Shown here: piece after piece, positions 37,706 to 47,961 of the stretch
Numbering within the stretch: position 1 is the first letter of the stretch
Layout of the letters: every line of letters begins with the position of its first letter
Assembly: GCA_045634865.1 (NCBI GenBank)
Contig: JAZRBB010000008.1
Span: 14,407-78,406 of the forward strand
Origin: Candidatus Enterousia sp.
GTDB lineage: Bacteria > Pseudomonadota > Alphaproteobacteria > Rs-D84
Reading direction: 5' to 3'
Length of the DNA: 64,000 bases
Notes under the pieces: model-generated
What the model saw: the letters and a program-made list of their open reading frames with translations, nothing else
Databases searched by the model: none
Told to the model about the DNA's origin: nothing
Program-made: the position numbers and the translations under genes

Positions 37706-40700
37706 TAAAAAATATTCTTGTCACATTGATTTCGGTTTTTTGTTTAATTGTGAACGCAAATGCGAACATAAAAATTAGCTCAGATGTTGTTGATAACAGT
37801 ATCAAAGAAACATTTGTTGGGGAACAAAATCAGGCTTCTGCATTAGCTACCTGGAAAGAAAACATAGAAAATGACGGCAGTATATCGGCATTGGCTGTAT
37901 GGCGTGTTTGTTGGGCTGGTGGTTTAGATATTAAGAATAAACCAGAAGATAAAAATAAGTGTCAAATTTTTAGGCAAAATTTATTAAAAGATTCATCATT
38001 AAAATATCGTACAACTTGTCAAAAGAATGCAGGTGAAGGGACATATTGCATAGATGATTTCTTTACAAATAGTTTTTATGGTGGAACCCAGGTTGGTTTA
38101 TCAGATGCTATTATGTTGGCAAAAGAATGGGCGCGAATAAATCATGCAGACGACAGCCTGGAATGTGATGATAAAGTAATAACAGTAAAACCAAAGAATA
38201 TATTAGCGCGGGCATCTGATGATTATGCTATATTATGTGCATCAAAAAATCGCAAGACGTATTACGAATTTGTTTTTGACCATATTGGTGAAAGTGACAG
38301 TGGGGCGATATTTAATAGTGTCGGTGCTGCAACATGTAAATTATTTAATACAAAGGCTAATGTGCCGACTTTGGCATGTATTGCGCGAACACCAGAACAT
38401 ATAGAAAATACAAATGGAAATTGTCAGCCTGTTTCTTGTGATTCAGATGCTAATACCTGTGGAAAAATAAACAGTACACTTGCAAAATTTGGGTATACAG
38501 GCGTATATAAGAATAATAAATGTGAAATCTTTTTTAATAATGTATCAGATAAGAAAGGTTTAAAAACAGCATTTGGTATAAATTCCTTTGAATTTTGTAA
38601 AGGTATCAAAGTTCAAAACACACCGTCAGTAGAAGCACTGTTAAAACAGCATATTGTCAAAAATGCCAAAGTTGATATATCTGATGTTTCATGCAGTCCA
38701 GGACATCGTATATACAATGGCCCTGGTTGTTCTGATGATGGTAAAGATGGTATAAAAACATGTTATGTCCAGGGACAACAGATTGATTTTGTGTTTGATG
38801 ATATAAGTACATTTATAAAAGAATACCACCAAGGTGGCATTCAGGGTATGGAATGTGTTATCAGTGGTGGGACATTTTCTGGTCAACATTGTGCACATTT
38901 GAATCAAGAACAATGTGACGCGCTTGCCAAATCAGATGTATCACGTTGTTCTGTTTGTAGGGATATAGAGTGGGACAAAGAAAATAATATATGTAAATTG
39001 AAAAATGCAGAAAATGCCAATGATTTAGAAAAAACTATAAATATAGCGCAATTGGCTGCTGCCACAACTGCAGCGGTATTTACTGGTGGTATAATTGCGT
39101 TTACTGCGGTAAAAGTTGGAACGGTTGCATTTACTGTTCCTGTTCTGTTGACGCTTGTTAATGTGACCGGTCAGATTATGGAATTTGTCGGGACTTTAGA
39201 GGCCAAAGGCATAGCAAAAGAGTTTATTGTACAATCAAACAATTGTAATGACAGTAATTGTGCAGACCTGTTAGTCAAAGATTGGTTGCAACGTCTGTCT
39301 AATTTACGAAATGAACTTACCAAGGCAGAATATAACGGTATAAATGAAGAATTAGCCAGATTGTTAAAAATGACGTCAAAGAAATTCAAAGAAAATATGG
39401 CAATGAATATTTTGATAGAATATTCCAGGGGCGCGAATAAAGGTGATATATCTGCAAATGTGCAAAAGAAATTCCAAGAATTGTATGAATCACCAGATTT
39501 ATTGGAATCAAACAAAAAAGGCTTCTTTGATAAAGACAGTTGGGAACCAGAACAGGTTTTGCGTGCAGTCGGAATTGGTTTACAGATTGCTTCAACGATA
39601 GGTAGTGCTGTATATAGTTGGCACCAAGAAAATAAGGCCTTGGCTGCAACGCGTGACGCTTTGAACGAAGGATATGACGGTATAACCCACGATCCAGCAA
39701 AACGCGAAGCAGTAAAAAAGCAATTGGCCAACGCGAACATTGTAAAAATTGATACAGATAGTTATGAAAACAAGTTGCGCGCGGCATATCAAAAATATGC
39801 ACCAAAGAATCAAACATATGATGATTTTGTAAAAATGTTCAAAAATGAAGAAGAATTTGATAAACAAGTTGCCAGATGGTCTTCTTTTGAACCTGTCGTT
39901 TTTAAAGAAAGTCAATATGCAGCAGCATATACTATGTCCTCTCCGTATTCAACTTATGATCCTGAATTTGCAAAAACTATGAAAGACATAGATGCAAAAT
40001 ACGCAGATGATATTGCTGAATTGGATGCTAAAATCAAAACTATAGACGATCAAAGAAAAAACATAGTAAAAGAACAACAACGGTTAATAAGGCAGGAAGC
40101 AAAAGAAAGGATAGGACGTGATGTGCGGTATAAAGATTGGGATTTAGAGGAATTAAAAGATTTAAAATCAAAAGATGAAATGGTGTCGTTAAAAACTTCC
40201 GATTTTAAACTAGATAAAGTACCAGCATCTGAATTTTCACCAGAAGAACTAAAGCTTTTGGATGAAAAATATAAATTAGAAAATATGCATGAAGGTTATG
40301 TTACAGCAAGGGATGTTGAAAAAAGTAAAGTAATAAATGCAAGTGTAGATAAAGAACTTTTGGGAAAATATGTTACAGAGCGTGAAAACATAATGATTAA
40401 AACAATAGCAGAAGATGATGATTTGTATAACAACCTTAAAAATTGGTCAGATATAAGCGATGAGGAGAAACGTATCAGCATACAAAAGATGTATGATTCA
40501 CTTGATAAGTCAGAAAATATTGTGGAGCAACCAGCTGTATATGTATATAAAAACCCTAATTCAACTATAAGAGCAGATGCTGGCAGACGATTTAATCTTA
40601 ACCCGTTGGGTGAAGATGTTAGTGCAAATAATCTTCCAAAAACGGTTTTACATGAATTTTCACACACTGGCGATAGTTATGCTCCTGATAGTGGAATGCT

Positions 40701-40857
40701 TGGTGCTCAAAAATCTGCGATAAGATTTGAAGGAAGTCGTACATACTGGGATATATACAGGACAGTGCCCTCAGAAGTGATTAGTTGGAAATTTACAGAT
40801 TCGGACACAGATATAATTGGTGAAGTCGAAAAAATGCGCGAAGCGATGGGAAAGTAA
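37702..40857 (+). CDS. Large exported Cys-rich protein with hydrophobic hairpin and C-terminal HExxH metallopeptidase-like domain
   Basis: Signal peptide; 25 Cys, all in the first ~515 aa; hydrophobic AAATTAAVFTGGIIAFTAVKVGTVAFTVPVLLTLV; VLHEFSH at aa 984 followed by YRTVPSE. Confidence 0.75.
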   Translation: MIKNILVTLISVFCLIVNANANIKISSDVVDNSIKETFVGEQNQASALATWKENIENDGSISALAVWRVCWAGGLDIKNKPEDKNKCQIFRQNLLKDSSLKYRTTCQKNAGEGTYCIDDFFTNSFYGGTQVGLSDAIMLAKEWARINHADDSLECDDKVITVKPKNILARASDDYAILCASKNRKTYYEFVFDHIGESDSGAIFNSVGAATCKLFNTKANVPTLACIARTPEHIENTNGNCQPVSCDSDANTCGKINSTLAKFGYTGVYKNNKCEIFFNNVSDKKGLKTAFGINSFEFCKGIKVQNTPSVEALLKQHIVKNAKVDISDVSCSPGHRIYNGPGCSDDGKDGIKTCYVQGQQIDFVFDDISTFIKEYHQGGIQGMECVISGGTFSGQHCAHLNQEQCDALAKSDVSRCSVCRDIEWDKENNICKLKNAENANDLEKTINIAQLAAATTAAVFTGGIIAFTAVKVGTVAFTVPVLLTLVNVTGQIMEFVGTLEAKGIAKEFIVQSNNCNDSNCADLLVKDWLQRLSNLRNELTKAEYNGINEELARLLKMTSKKFKENMAMNILIEYSRGANKGDISANVQKKFQELYESPDLLESNKKGFFDKDSWEPEQVLRAVGIGLQIASTIGSAVYSWHQENKALAATRDALNEGYDGITHDPAKREAVKKQLANANIVKIDTDSYENKLRAAYQKYAPKNQTYDDFVKMFKNEEEFDKQVARWSSFEPVVFKESQYAAAYTMSSPYSTYDPEFAKTMKDIDAKYADDIAELDAKIKTIDDQRKNIVKEQQRLIRQEAKERIGRDVRYKDWDLEELKDLKSKDEMVSLKTSDFKLDKVPASEFSPEELKLLDEKYKLENMHEGYVTARDVEKSKVINASVDKELLGKYVTERENIMIKTIAEDDDLYNNLKNWSDISDEEKRISIQKMYDSLDKSENIVEQPAVYVYKNPNSTIRADAGRRFNLNPLGEDVSANNLPKTVLHEFSHTGDSYAPDSGMLGAQKSAIRFEGSRTYWDIYRTVPSEVISWKFTDSDTDIIGEVEKMREAMGK

Positions 40858-40901
40858 TAAAATATTCCAGCAGAATAAAATATCTGTTTGCAAACTCGTT
40901 T

Positions 40902-41780
40902 TTACTCTTCACCAAAATCCATATCACGTAGTTTTTCTGCACGTGGGGTGATTTTGGAAACTGATGTCTGAATTTGTTCTATGTCACCCGTTGTTTGTGC
41001 AAAATGTTTTTGCAGGTTTTCTGTGCGGTCATTTAATCTGGTTAAATCTGTCAGCAATAAATCCAATTCGCGTTTAATCTTGCTGGCTACGCGTTTTATC
41101 TTTATGTCTGATAATACCGCACGAATTGTATTTAATGTTGCCCATAAAGTCGCAGGCGAAACAATAAATACTTTTTTGCGTGCAGCATATTCAATTGTAT
41201 CTGGAAATTCGCTGTGCAATTCTTCGAATATAGATTCAGACGCAATAAACATCATTGCAGATTCTGCGGTTACACCAGGTATAATGTATTTTTCAGCGAT
41301 TGCATCAATGTGTTTGCGAACATCTAATTCAAATTGTTTTTTGTAGCCTATGTTATCCTTGTCCTGCAAAATGCGATTATAACTTTCCAGCGGAAATTTG
41401 CTGTCTATGATCATATCGCCCGGTGGATAAGGCAGGCGTATAACACAGTCAGGACGAACACCAGTTGATAACACACTTTGAAATGCATAACTTTCTGGTG
41501 GCATAATATCAGAAACTAAATCTTCCAACTGTCTTTCACCAAAAGAACCGCGTGCCTGTTTATTGCCCATTAAAATATCCTTGAAATTCGCAATATCGGC
41601 ACTGATGTTTTTTAGTTCAATTGCGTTTTGCGACAGCATACCCAATCTTTCAGCCAATCTTTCGCGTAATCTGGAATTGTCTTCGTGCAAAGTCGATATA
41701 TCAACAGTTTGCTTTCTGAATACCAATATCAAAAGCAATACTATGATGATGCCCAGTAAGGATAAAATATAAGTTGTCAT
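40902..41780 (-). CDS. rmuC: DNA recombination protein RmuC
   Basis: RGSFGERQL, RPDCVIRLP, IDSKFPL, KYIIPG, MFIASE, VSPATL. Confidence 0.92.
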   Translation of the reverse strand: MTTYILSLLGIIIVLLLILVFRKQTVDISTLHEDNSRLRERLAERLGMLSQNAIELKNISADIANFKDILMGNKQARGSFGERQLEDLVSDIMPPESYAFQSVLSTGVRPDCVIRLPYPPGDMIIDSKFPLESYNRILQDKDNIGYKKQFELDVRKHIDAIAEKYIIPGVTAESAMMFIASESIFEELHSEFPDTIEYAARKKVFIVSPATLWATLNTIRAVLSDIKIKRVASKIKRELDLLLTDLTRLNDRTENLQKHFAQTTGDIEQIQTSVSKITPRAEKLRDMDFGEE

Positions 41781-41833
41781 TTGAAAATCCTTTGCTACAA
41801 TTCAATTATAACGATTATAAAAAGGTTTTATAA

Positions 41834-42334
41834 ATGTTGCAAATGAAACTTTGTGGCGATTTAGTTTTGCGTGAAAAATGCGAACCTGTGTCTGATATTA
41901 CGCCAGATATCTTGGATACCATGAACGAAATGGTTCAAATGATGTCGACTCAGAACGGGGTTGGTCTTGCTGCGCCACAGGTTGGGGTGACTAAACGTTT
42001 TTTGGTTATGATGGATCCGGATACTAATGTTATATACCGTATGATAAACCCAAAAATTACATCAAAAAGTGATAAAACTTGCAATATGGAAGAAGGGTGC
42101 TTGTCTGTTTTGGGTGCGGATGGTTTGCCTGTGTATGCATATGTGACACGTCCCGAAGCGGTAGAAGTTGAATGGATGGACGAAAACGGTAAAGTATTGC
42201 ATGCAAAGATGTCTGGAACACCTGCACGTATTGTGCAACATGAGACAGACCATTTGGACGGCATTTTGTTTATTGATTATTTGTCTGGTGTAAAACGCGA
42301 AATGCTGATGCGTAAAGTAAACAGGAAGCACTAA
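41834..42334 (+). CDS. def: Peptide deformylase
   Basis: GVGLAAPQVG, EGCLS, QHETDHLDG. Confidence 0.96.
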   Translation: MLQMKLCGDLVLREKCEPVSDITPDILDTMNEMVQMMSTQNGVGLAAPQVGVTKRFLVMMDPDTNVIYRMINPKITSKSDKTCNMEEGCLSVLGADGLPVYAYVTRPEAVEVEWMDENGKVLHAKMSGTPARIVQHETDHLDGILFIDYLSGVKREMLMRKVNRKH

Positions 42335-43146
42335 TGAAACTGATATTGATGGGAACAAACGATTTTGTTGTGCCTGTATTTGATGATTTAGCAAACAAAC
42401 ACGAAATTATCGGTGTGTTTACTCGTGCGCCCAAACCAATGGGACGCAAACATATTTTAACGCCGTCGCCTGTGCATCAATGGGCGGACAAGCGTGGTTT
42501 GCGTGTTCATACTTCTATCAAAGAATTTGATGCAATAGATGACAAGCCTGATATGATTGTTGTCATGTCTTATGGTGTTATATTGCGTGATAATGTTTTG
42601 AATGCTGCAAAATGCATAAATATTCACCCAAGTTCTTTGCCAAAACATCGTGGACCATCACCAATAAGAACAGCAATATTAAATGGCGATGCAGATATGG
42701 ATGTTTGTTTGATGGATATGGTTGCTGAAATGGACGCTGGCGATATCTATATGCGTAAATCTATAAAAATTGATGAAAACGATACAAATTCAGATGTTGA
42801 AAACCAAGTATCAAAAACCGCCATTGAAATGTTAAATGAATATATTGCAAATCCTGATAAGTTTGTTGCCATACCACAAAATGGTGAACCAACTTTCACA
42901 CGCAAGTTTACTGGTGATGATGAAATTATTGATTGGAACAAAACACCAATTCAGATTCATAATCAAATACGTGCGCTGGGCTGTGGCCGAACCAAGATAA
43001 ACGGTATAGATGTCAAGATTTTAGAAACGCGTATATCAAATGGAATATTGGAAATTGTTAAAATTCAGCCTGCTGGTAAAAATTCTATGGATTGGCGCAG
43101 TTTTGTAAATGGTTTGCATAGTGCAGAAATAAAATACGGAATATAA
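42334..43146 (+). CDS. fmt: Methionyl-tRNA formyltransferase
   Basis: MGTNDF, NIHPSSLPKHRGPSPI, MDAGDI; follows def. Confidence 0.93.
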   Translation: MKLILMGTNDFVVPVFDDLANKHEIIGVFTRAPKPMGRKHILTPSPVHQWADKRGLRVHTSIKEFDAIDDKPDMIVVMSYGVILRDNVLNAAKCINIHPSSLPKHRGPSPIRTAILNGDADMDVCLMDMVAEMDAGDIYMRKSIKIDENDTNSDVENQVSKTAIEMLNEYIANPDKFVAIPQNGEPTFTRKFTGDDEIIDWNKTPIQIHNQIRALGCGRTKINGIDVKILETRISNGILEIVKIQPAGKNSMDWRSFVNGLHSAEIKYGI

Positions 43147-43150
43147 ATAA

Positions 43151-43909
43151 ATGACCCGATACAGAATTGATGTTGAATATGATGGCACAGATTTAATTGG
43201 TTGGCAGATAAATCGCCAAGGGCCGTCTGTGCAATCTTTATTGCAAGATGCGATTTATAGATTCTGTGGTGAAAATGTGACTGTGTTTTCAGCAGGTCGT
43301 ACGGATGCTGGCGTTCATGCAATTGCTATGCCTGCGCATTTTGATTTGGATAAAGATTGGGATGCTGAAACTGTAATGCGTGCAATCAATTTTTATTTGG
43401 TAAATGAACCTGTGTCGGTATTAAGATGTGAAAAAGTTGATGATGATTTTCATGCACGTTTCAGTTGTAAAAAACGTGTTTATAAATATGTCGTCGTAAA
43501 TCGGTCTGCGCCAGTTGTGTTGAATAAAAATCGTGTATGGTGGGTACCGCAAAAACTGGACATTGATTTAATGCGTGCACAATCACAAAAGTTAGTTGGC
43601 AAACATGATTTTACTTCGTTTCGTGCTGCACAATGTCAGGCAAAAAGTCCGATAAAGACTTTGGATTCTTGCACTATCACACAAAATGGTGACGAAATAG
43701 TTTTGGAATTTGCTGCACGTTCTTTTCTGCATCACCAGGTTCGCAATATGGTTGGAACATTGATTGATATTGCTTCTGGCAAGCCTTATGACATTGATGA
43801 AATTTTTGCAAAACAAGAGCGTGGCGCTGCCGGTGTGAATGCGCCTGCGTGCGGATTGTATTTTGTCAAAGGCCTTTATGCCACAGACGATGATTCGAAA
43901 TCTTTCTGA
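43151..43909 (+). CDS. truA: tRNA pseudouridine(38-40) synthase
   Basis: EYDGT...GWQ, AGRTDAGVHA, FHARFS, GKHDFTSFR, FLHHQVRNMVG, APACGL. Confidence 0.96.
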   Translation: MTRYRIDVEYDGTDLIGWQINRQGPSVQSLLQDAIYRFCGENVTVFSAGRTDAGVHAIAMPAHFDLDKDWDAETVMRAINFYLVNEPVSVLRCEKVDDDFHARFSCKKRVYKYVVVNRSAPVVLNKNRVWWVPQKLDIDLMRAQSQKLVGKHDFTSFRAAQCQAKSPIKTLDSCTITQNGDEIVLEFAARSFLHHQVRNMVGTLIDIASGKPYDIDEIFAKQERGAAGVNAPACGLYFVKGLYATDDDSKSF

Positions 43910-45827
43910 TTTTACCGGACGGATAAATAACCATACCGCCTGTTAAAACTTTTGCATGACATTTTGGTGCACGAATTGAAACAGGTGAAACTATGAAGTC
44001 CACAGATTCATCACGACATACAGTATTTATATTATCAATCACAGTTTTTATAGACTGCATATAAACCAGATTCCAGTTTGGTGTTTGATATTTACATAAG
44101 CCTTTAACGCATTTCTTACGCGCAATTTTATTTGTTGTTGATTCATCATTAAATGTTCGCCACGAACCGAAAGCAAAAAAGTGTTTTGATGAACGCGCTT
44201 TGTTAAAATGTATTTTGCCATTTTTAACAAAGCCAACCAATTCATTATCATAAGTTGAATAAAACAAAGGTTTTTGTGGATTTGCATAAATTATAATTGC
44301 AGATGCTATAAATACTGAAGCGATAATATAGTTTATATTTCGTATAAAAAGATTCTTGGAATCGGGTCTAACAATCAATATTATGCAAAGCAAACCGATT
44401 ATGCACAGCCCAAGAACCAGACTTGACATATGTGGCATAGCAATTGTTGCATGGGGTAATTTTGTTATGCTTTCTGCCAAATGCAAAGCGAAGGTATAAA
44501 TATCATAGGTTGCATTATTCAGGCCATGAAAACCAAAGTATGCAAACACTGTTCCAATCATAATCATCGGCATTATAGCAACAGAAAATATTGGTAATAT
44601 AACCAGATTTCCAATTAAACTATATAATGGAATATAGCCAAAATGTGCAATTATAAATGGTAAAGTGAACACGCCTGCAACAACAGCAGTCATAAGCGCA
44701 GAGTATATTTTATGTCCGATGTGTTTAATTTTGTTTCTTTTTTGATATTCGGATTTATCGAAAAACCAAAGCAATCCAAATACAGCGGCGAAAGATAATT
44801 GAAATCCTGCATGCATTACATAAAACGGATTGATTAAAAATATAATAAAAAATACCAGAACCGCGGTTCGCAAAGACAACAAATTACGTCCAAATATAAA
44901 TGCCATAAATATCAATGTAGTCATTAAAAATGCGCGCACAGTTGCAACAGAAAAACCAGAGATTCCTAAATAAAACAATAAGCCACACCATGCACAAATC
45001 ATGGCGGGATATTTTGCAGGCATGCGTTTAGTAATTGGCGATATGCATCGAAACAATAAATAAAATATAGCGAATAACCAGCCACCAACCAAAGTCATAT
45101 GAAAACCGCTGATTGACCAAATGTGTCCAACACCAACTGCTTTCCATATATTGCTTTCGGATTTTGGAATTGTGTTTTTATAGCCTAAGACCAAAGCATC
45201 AGTTAAAACAGAGTTTGATTTATTGTGAATTTTTGTGCGCAGATTTTCTGAATTGTTTGTGTCTGATTTGATTTTGTAATCTTTGACGAAACCTATACCA
45301 GATAATTTGTTGAAATATGTCCAACGTGCAAAATCAAAATCATCAGGCACATACGCGGCGGACGGATGAAACAACATAATGTTTCCAGATATAGTATCGT
45401 TTATATTTGGCATATCTGCATCTTTGTTGAAAGATACTCGAACAAGTGCATGCTTGTTCCCGGAATATTTGGAATCAATTTGATTTGCAGGTATCTTTAA
45501 TGTGATATGCGTATTTTCTGTCATAAAATCTATGTCTTGAACAGTTCCGGATATATAACGCGATTTATGTGAAGCATATATTTGCGGTGTATCAATGATA
45601 TTGGTATAAGACACAGAATAAAAGAAGCCAAATAAAAATAATGCAATCGCAGTTATAAAAATGTTTTTGTGTTTATATATTATCAAGCCAGATAACAAAG
45701 TGATTAAAATCGGAAATTGAAAATTTGGTTCTGAATGCATGGTGAAATATAAAATCGCACCCAGTGCCATAACAAAAGGCGACCATAAAAACAGGTTTTT
45801 ATATTGGTTATCCAGGAATTCTTTCAT
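43866..45827 (-). CDS. comEC: ComEC/Rec2 competence channel (DUF4131 plus competence domain, no beta-lactamase domain)
   Basis: HIWSISGFHMTLV, ATVRAFLM, GFQLSFAAV, GNLVILP. Start moved to ATG 45827. Confidence 0.9.
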   Translation of the reverse strand: MKEFLDNQYKNLFLWSPFVMALGAILYFTMHSEPNFQFPILITLLSGLIIYKHKNIFITAIALFLFGFFYSVSYTNIIDTPQIYASHKSRYISGTVQDIDFMTENTHITLKIPANQIDSKYSGNKHALVRVSFNKDADMPNINDTISGNIMLFHPSAAYVPDDFDFARWTYFNKLSGIGFVKDYKIKSDTNNSENLRTKIHNKSNSVLTDALVLGYKNTIPKSESNIWKAVGVGHIWSISGFHMTLVGGWLFAIFYLLFRCISPITKRMPAKYPAMICAWCGLLFYLGISGFSVATVRAFLMTTLIFMAFIFGRNLLSLRTAVLVFFIIFLINPFYVMHAGFQLSFAAVFGLLWFFDKSEYQKRNKIKHIGHKIYSALMTAVVAGVFTLPFIIAHFGYIPLYSLIGNLVILPIFSVAIMPMIMIGTVFAYFGFHGLNNATYDIYTFALHLAESITKLPHATIAMPHMSSLVLGLCIIGLLCIILIVRPDSKNLFIRNINYIIASVFIASAIIIYANPQKPLFYSTYDNELVGFVKNGKIHFNKARSSKHFFAFGSWRTFNDESTTNKIARKKCVKGLCKYQTPNWNLVYMQSIKTVIDNINTVCRDESVDFIVSPVSIRAPKCHAKVLTGGMVIYPSGKIRKISNHRLWHKGL

Positions 45828-45873
45828 ACCCAGATTATAAGATTTTATCTGTTTATACCGCAACCGATATTTT

Positions 45874-46188
45874 TTATTTCCCGAAAATAAAATCTGGATT
45901 TGATGATATGGATATAATTGTGTCCATATCATCATCTGGTGATGAATGCTGTCTTATTATTTTTCCGCATTTTTCACATTTATGTGTTATGACAAAGCCG
46001 TCTTTGGTTGTTTCAACAGAAATTGGGCGCATCATACCACCACAATTTGCAGTGCGGTCGCCAGGCATATTGTCAACGTGCCGAGAATATAAACATTTCG
46101 GGCAATGGTTTGTGTATCCATTGCCCGAAACTTTTGCGCCACAGTTGGCACATACGAAATCTTCAACGCGTTTTGTGAATTTTTTCAT
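45874..46188 (-). CDS. RNHCP-domain zinc-binding protein
   Basis: FVCANCG...TNHCPKCLYSRHVD..PGDR..NCGG.M.P...HKCEKCG. Confidence 0.85.
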   Translation of the reverse strand: MKKFTKRVEDFVCANCGAKVSGNGYTNHCPKCLYSRHVDNMPGDRTANCGGMMRPISVETTKDGFVITHKCEKCGKIIRQHSSPDDDMDTIISISSNPDFIFGK

Positions 46189-46437
46189 TTATAAACCCAA
46201 AGCATCACGATACATTTTGGTCAATTCGTCTGCTTCGTCCAATTCATCAGGATCCAGTTTTCTCAAACGTATCATCTGACGAATATATTTCGGGTCATAG
46301 CCGGCAGATTTAGCCTCATTATAAACTTCCTTGATATCTGCAGCGATAGCAGCAGAGTCTTCGTTTAATTTTTCAATACGTTCAATAATGCTGGTTAACT
46401 GAGCGTTATCAAAAGAACCATGATTTGCGTTTTTCAT
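46189..46437 (-). CDS. gapR: GapR / DUF2312 nucleoid-associated protein
   Basis: QLTSIIERIEKLNED...DIKEVYNEAKSAGYD...IRLRK...MYRDALG. Confidence 0.88.
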   Translation of the reverse strand: MKNANHGSFDNAQLTSIIERIEKLNEDSAAIAADIKEVYNEAKSAGYDPKYIRQMIRLRKLDPDELDEADELTKMYRDALGL

Positions 46438-46530
46438 ATCCTTCCTCTTGTTTTTACCATGTGATATATGATAAACTATAGATTATAAAAATCAAATAAT
46501 TTTAATGCATGTTTGTAATAGGGGGCAGAC

Positions 46531-47901
46531 ATGACCAGATTTACAAAAATAACTGCTTCAATTGGCCCAAGTTGCGAAAATATAGATACTTTGACGCGCA
46601 TGATAAAGGCTGGTGTCAGCGTTTGTCGTTTGAATTTCAGTCATGATACAGGCGATGTCCAGGGGGCCAAAATAGACATGATACGTTTTGTGGCAAAAAA
46701 TGTTGGTGTCCCTGTGGCGATAATGATTGATATCCAAGGGCCCAAACACAGAATTGGTGATTTTGCGTCTGATAAACATTATCCATTAAAAGTCGGTCAG
46801 AAATTTACACTGGATTCTGATGAAACGCCTGGCGATGAAACACGTGTTCAATTGCCAGATACCGATGTTATGCATTCATTAAATGTTGGCGACAGAATAT
46901 TGTTAAATGATGGCAAAATAGAATTGCGTGTTGACGCTGTATTTGATGATGCGGTTGAAACAACTGTGATACATGGCGATGAAATCTGGTCCAGACGCGG
47001 TTTCAATTTGCCTGATACCGATGTTGATACAGATATTTTGACAGACAAAGACCGCAAAGATTTGGAATATGCGATAACCAAAAATCCAGATTTTATTGCT
47101 GTGTCATTTGTTCAACGTGCAGAAGATATTTCAATCGTTCGTGATTTTATAACTGAACGGACTTCGCATCCGATAAAAATAATTGCTAAAATCGAACGTC
47201 CAAATGCAGTAAAAAGAATAATTGATATTGCCAATGCTGCAGACGGAATTATGATCGCGCGTGGTGATTTGGCTGTGGAATTGCCTTTCGAGCAAGTGCC
47301 GGCAGTATCGCGTTATATTTTGCGTGAATGTCGGAAATTAAATCGTCCTGCGATTGTAGCGACACAAATGTTATCATCAATGGTGCATTCTGATTTTCCA
47401 ACGCGCGCTGAAATTTCAGATGTTGCAAATGCAGCGTATTTAAGGGCTGATTCAACAATGACGTCCGAAGAAACTACAATCGGCGATGACCCTGTAAATG
47501 TCATAGAAAAAATGGATAAAATATTGACTTATTCAGACAATGATTCAATCGAACATCCGTATGATTGGTGCAATATTGAAAATACACCTGAAAATGATTG
47601 GTCGCGTTCTGTTTCGTCAATGGCATTTCTGAATAAAGCATCTGCAATTGTTGTTTTTGCACGCGATACTGATGCTGCGGTTCAGATTTCTTGTCGTCGT
47701 CCTGATATGCCGATTGTTGCAGTTTGTAGTGATGAAGTTATTGCAAATCAGTTGTGTTTGTCGCGTGGCGTATTTCCTGTTTACGACAGGTATTTATTCG
47801 GACAACGTGATGCGTTTGGTGCTGCTGCGTTGTTTGGTGTTCGAACGGGAAAATTGGTTATTGTAGATGAAGATAAAATCAGTTTGCGAACATTAGATTA
47901 A
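46531..47901 (+). CDS. pyk: Pyruvate kinase
   Basis: TKITASIGP, RLNFSH, DIQGPKHR, IIAKIE, MIARGDLAVE, ATQMLSSM, PTRAEISDVANA. Confidence 0.94.
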   Translation: MTRFTKITASIGPSCENIDTLTRMIKAGVSVCRLNFSHDTGDVQGAKIDMIRFVAKNVGVPVAIMIDIQGPKHRIGDFASDKHYPLKVGQKFTLDSDETPGDETRVQLPDTDVMHSLNVGDRILLNDGKIELRVDAVFDDAVETTVIHGDEIWSRRGFNLPDTDVDTDILTDKDRKDLEYAITKNPDFIAVSFVQRAEDISIVRDFITERTSHPIKIIAKIERPNAVKRIIDIANAADGIMIARGDLAVELPFEQVPAVSRYILRECRKLNRPAIVATQMLSSMVHSDFPTRAEISDVANAAYLRADSTMTSEETTIGDDPVNVIEKMDKILTYSDNDSIEHPYDWCNIENTPENDWSRSVSSMAFLNKASAIVVFARDTDAAVQISCRRPDMPIVAVCSDEVIANQLCLSRGVFPVYDRYLFGQRDAFGAAALFGVRTGKLVIVDEDKISLRTLD

Positions 47902-47961
47902 AAATAAATTAAATATTTTTATTATTGACCGAATTATAGTAATTTTACTATGATTTTGGTT

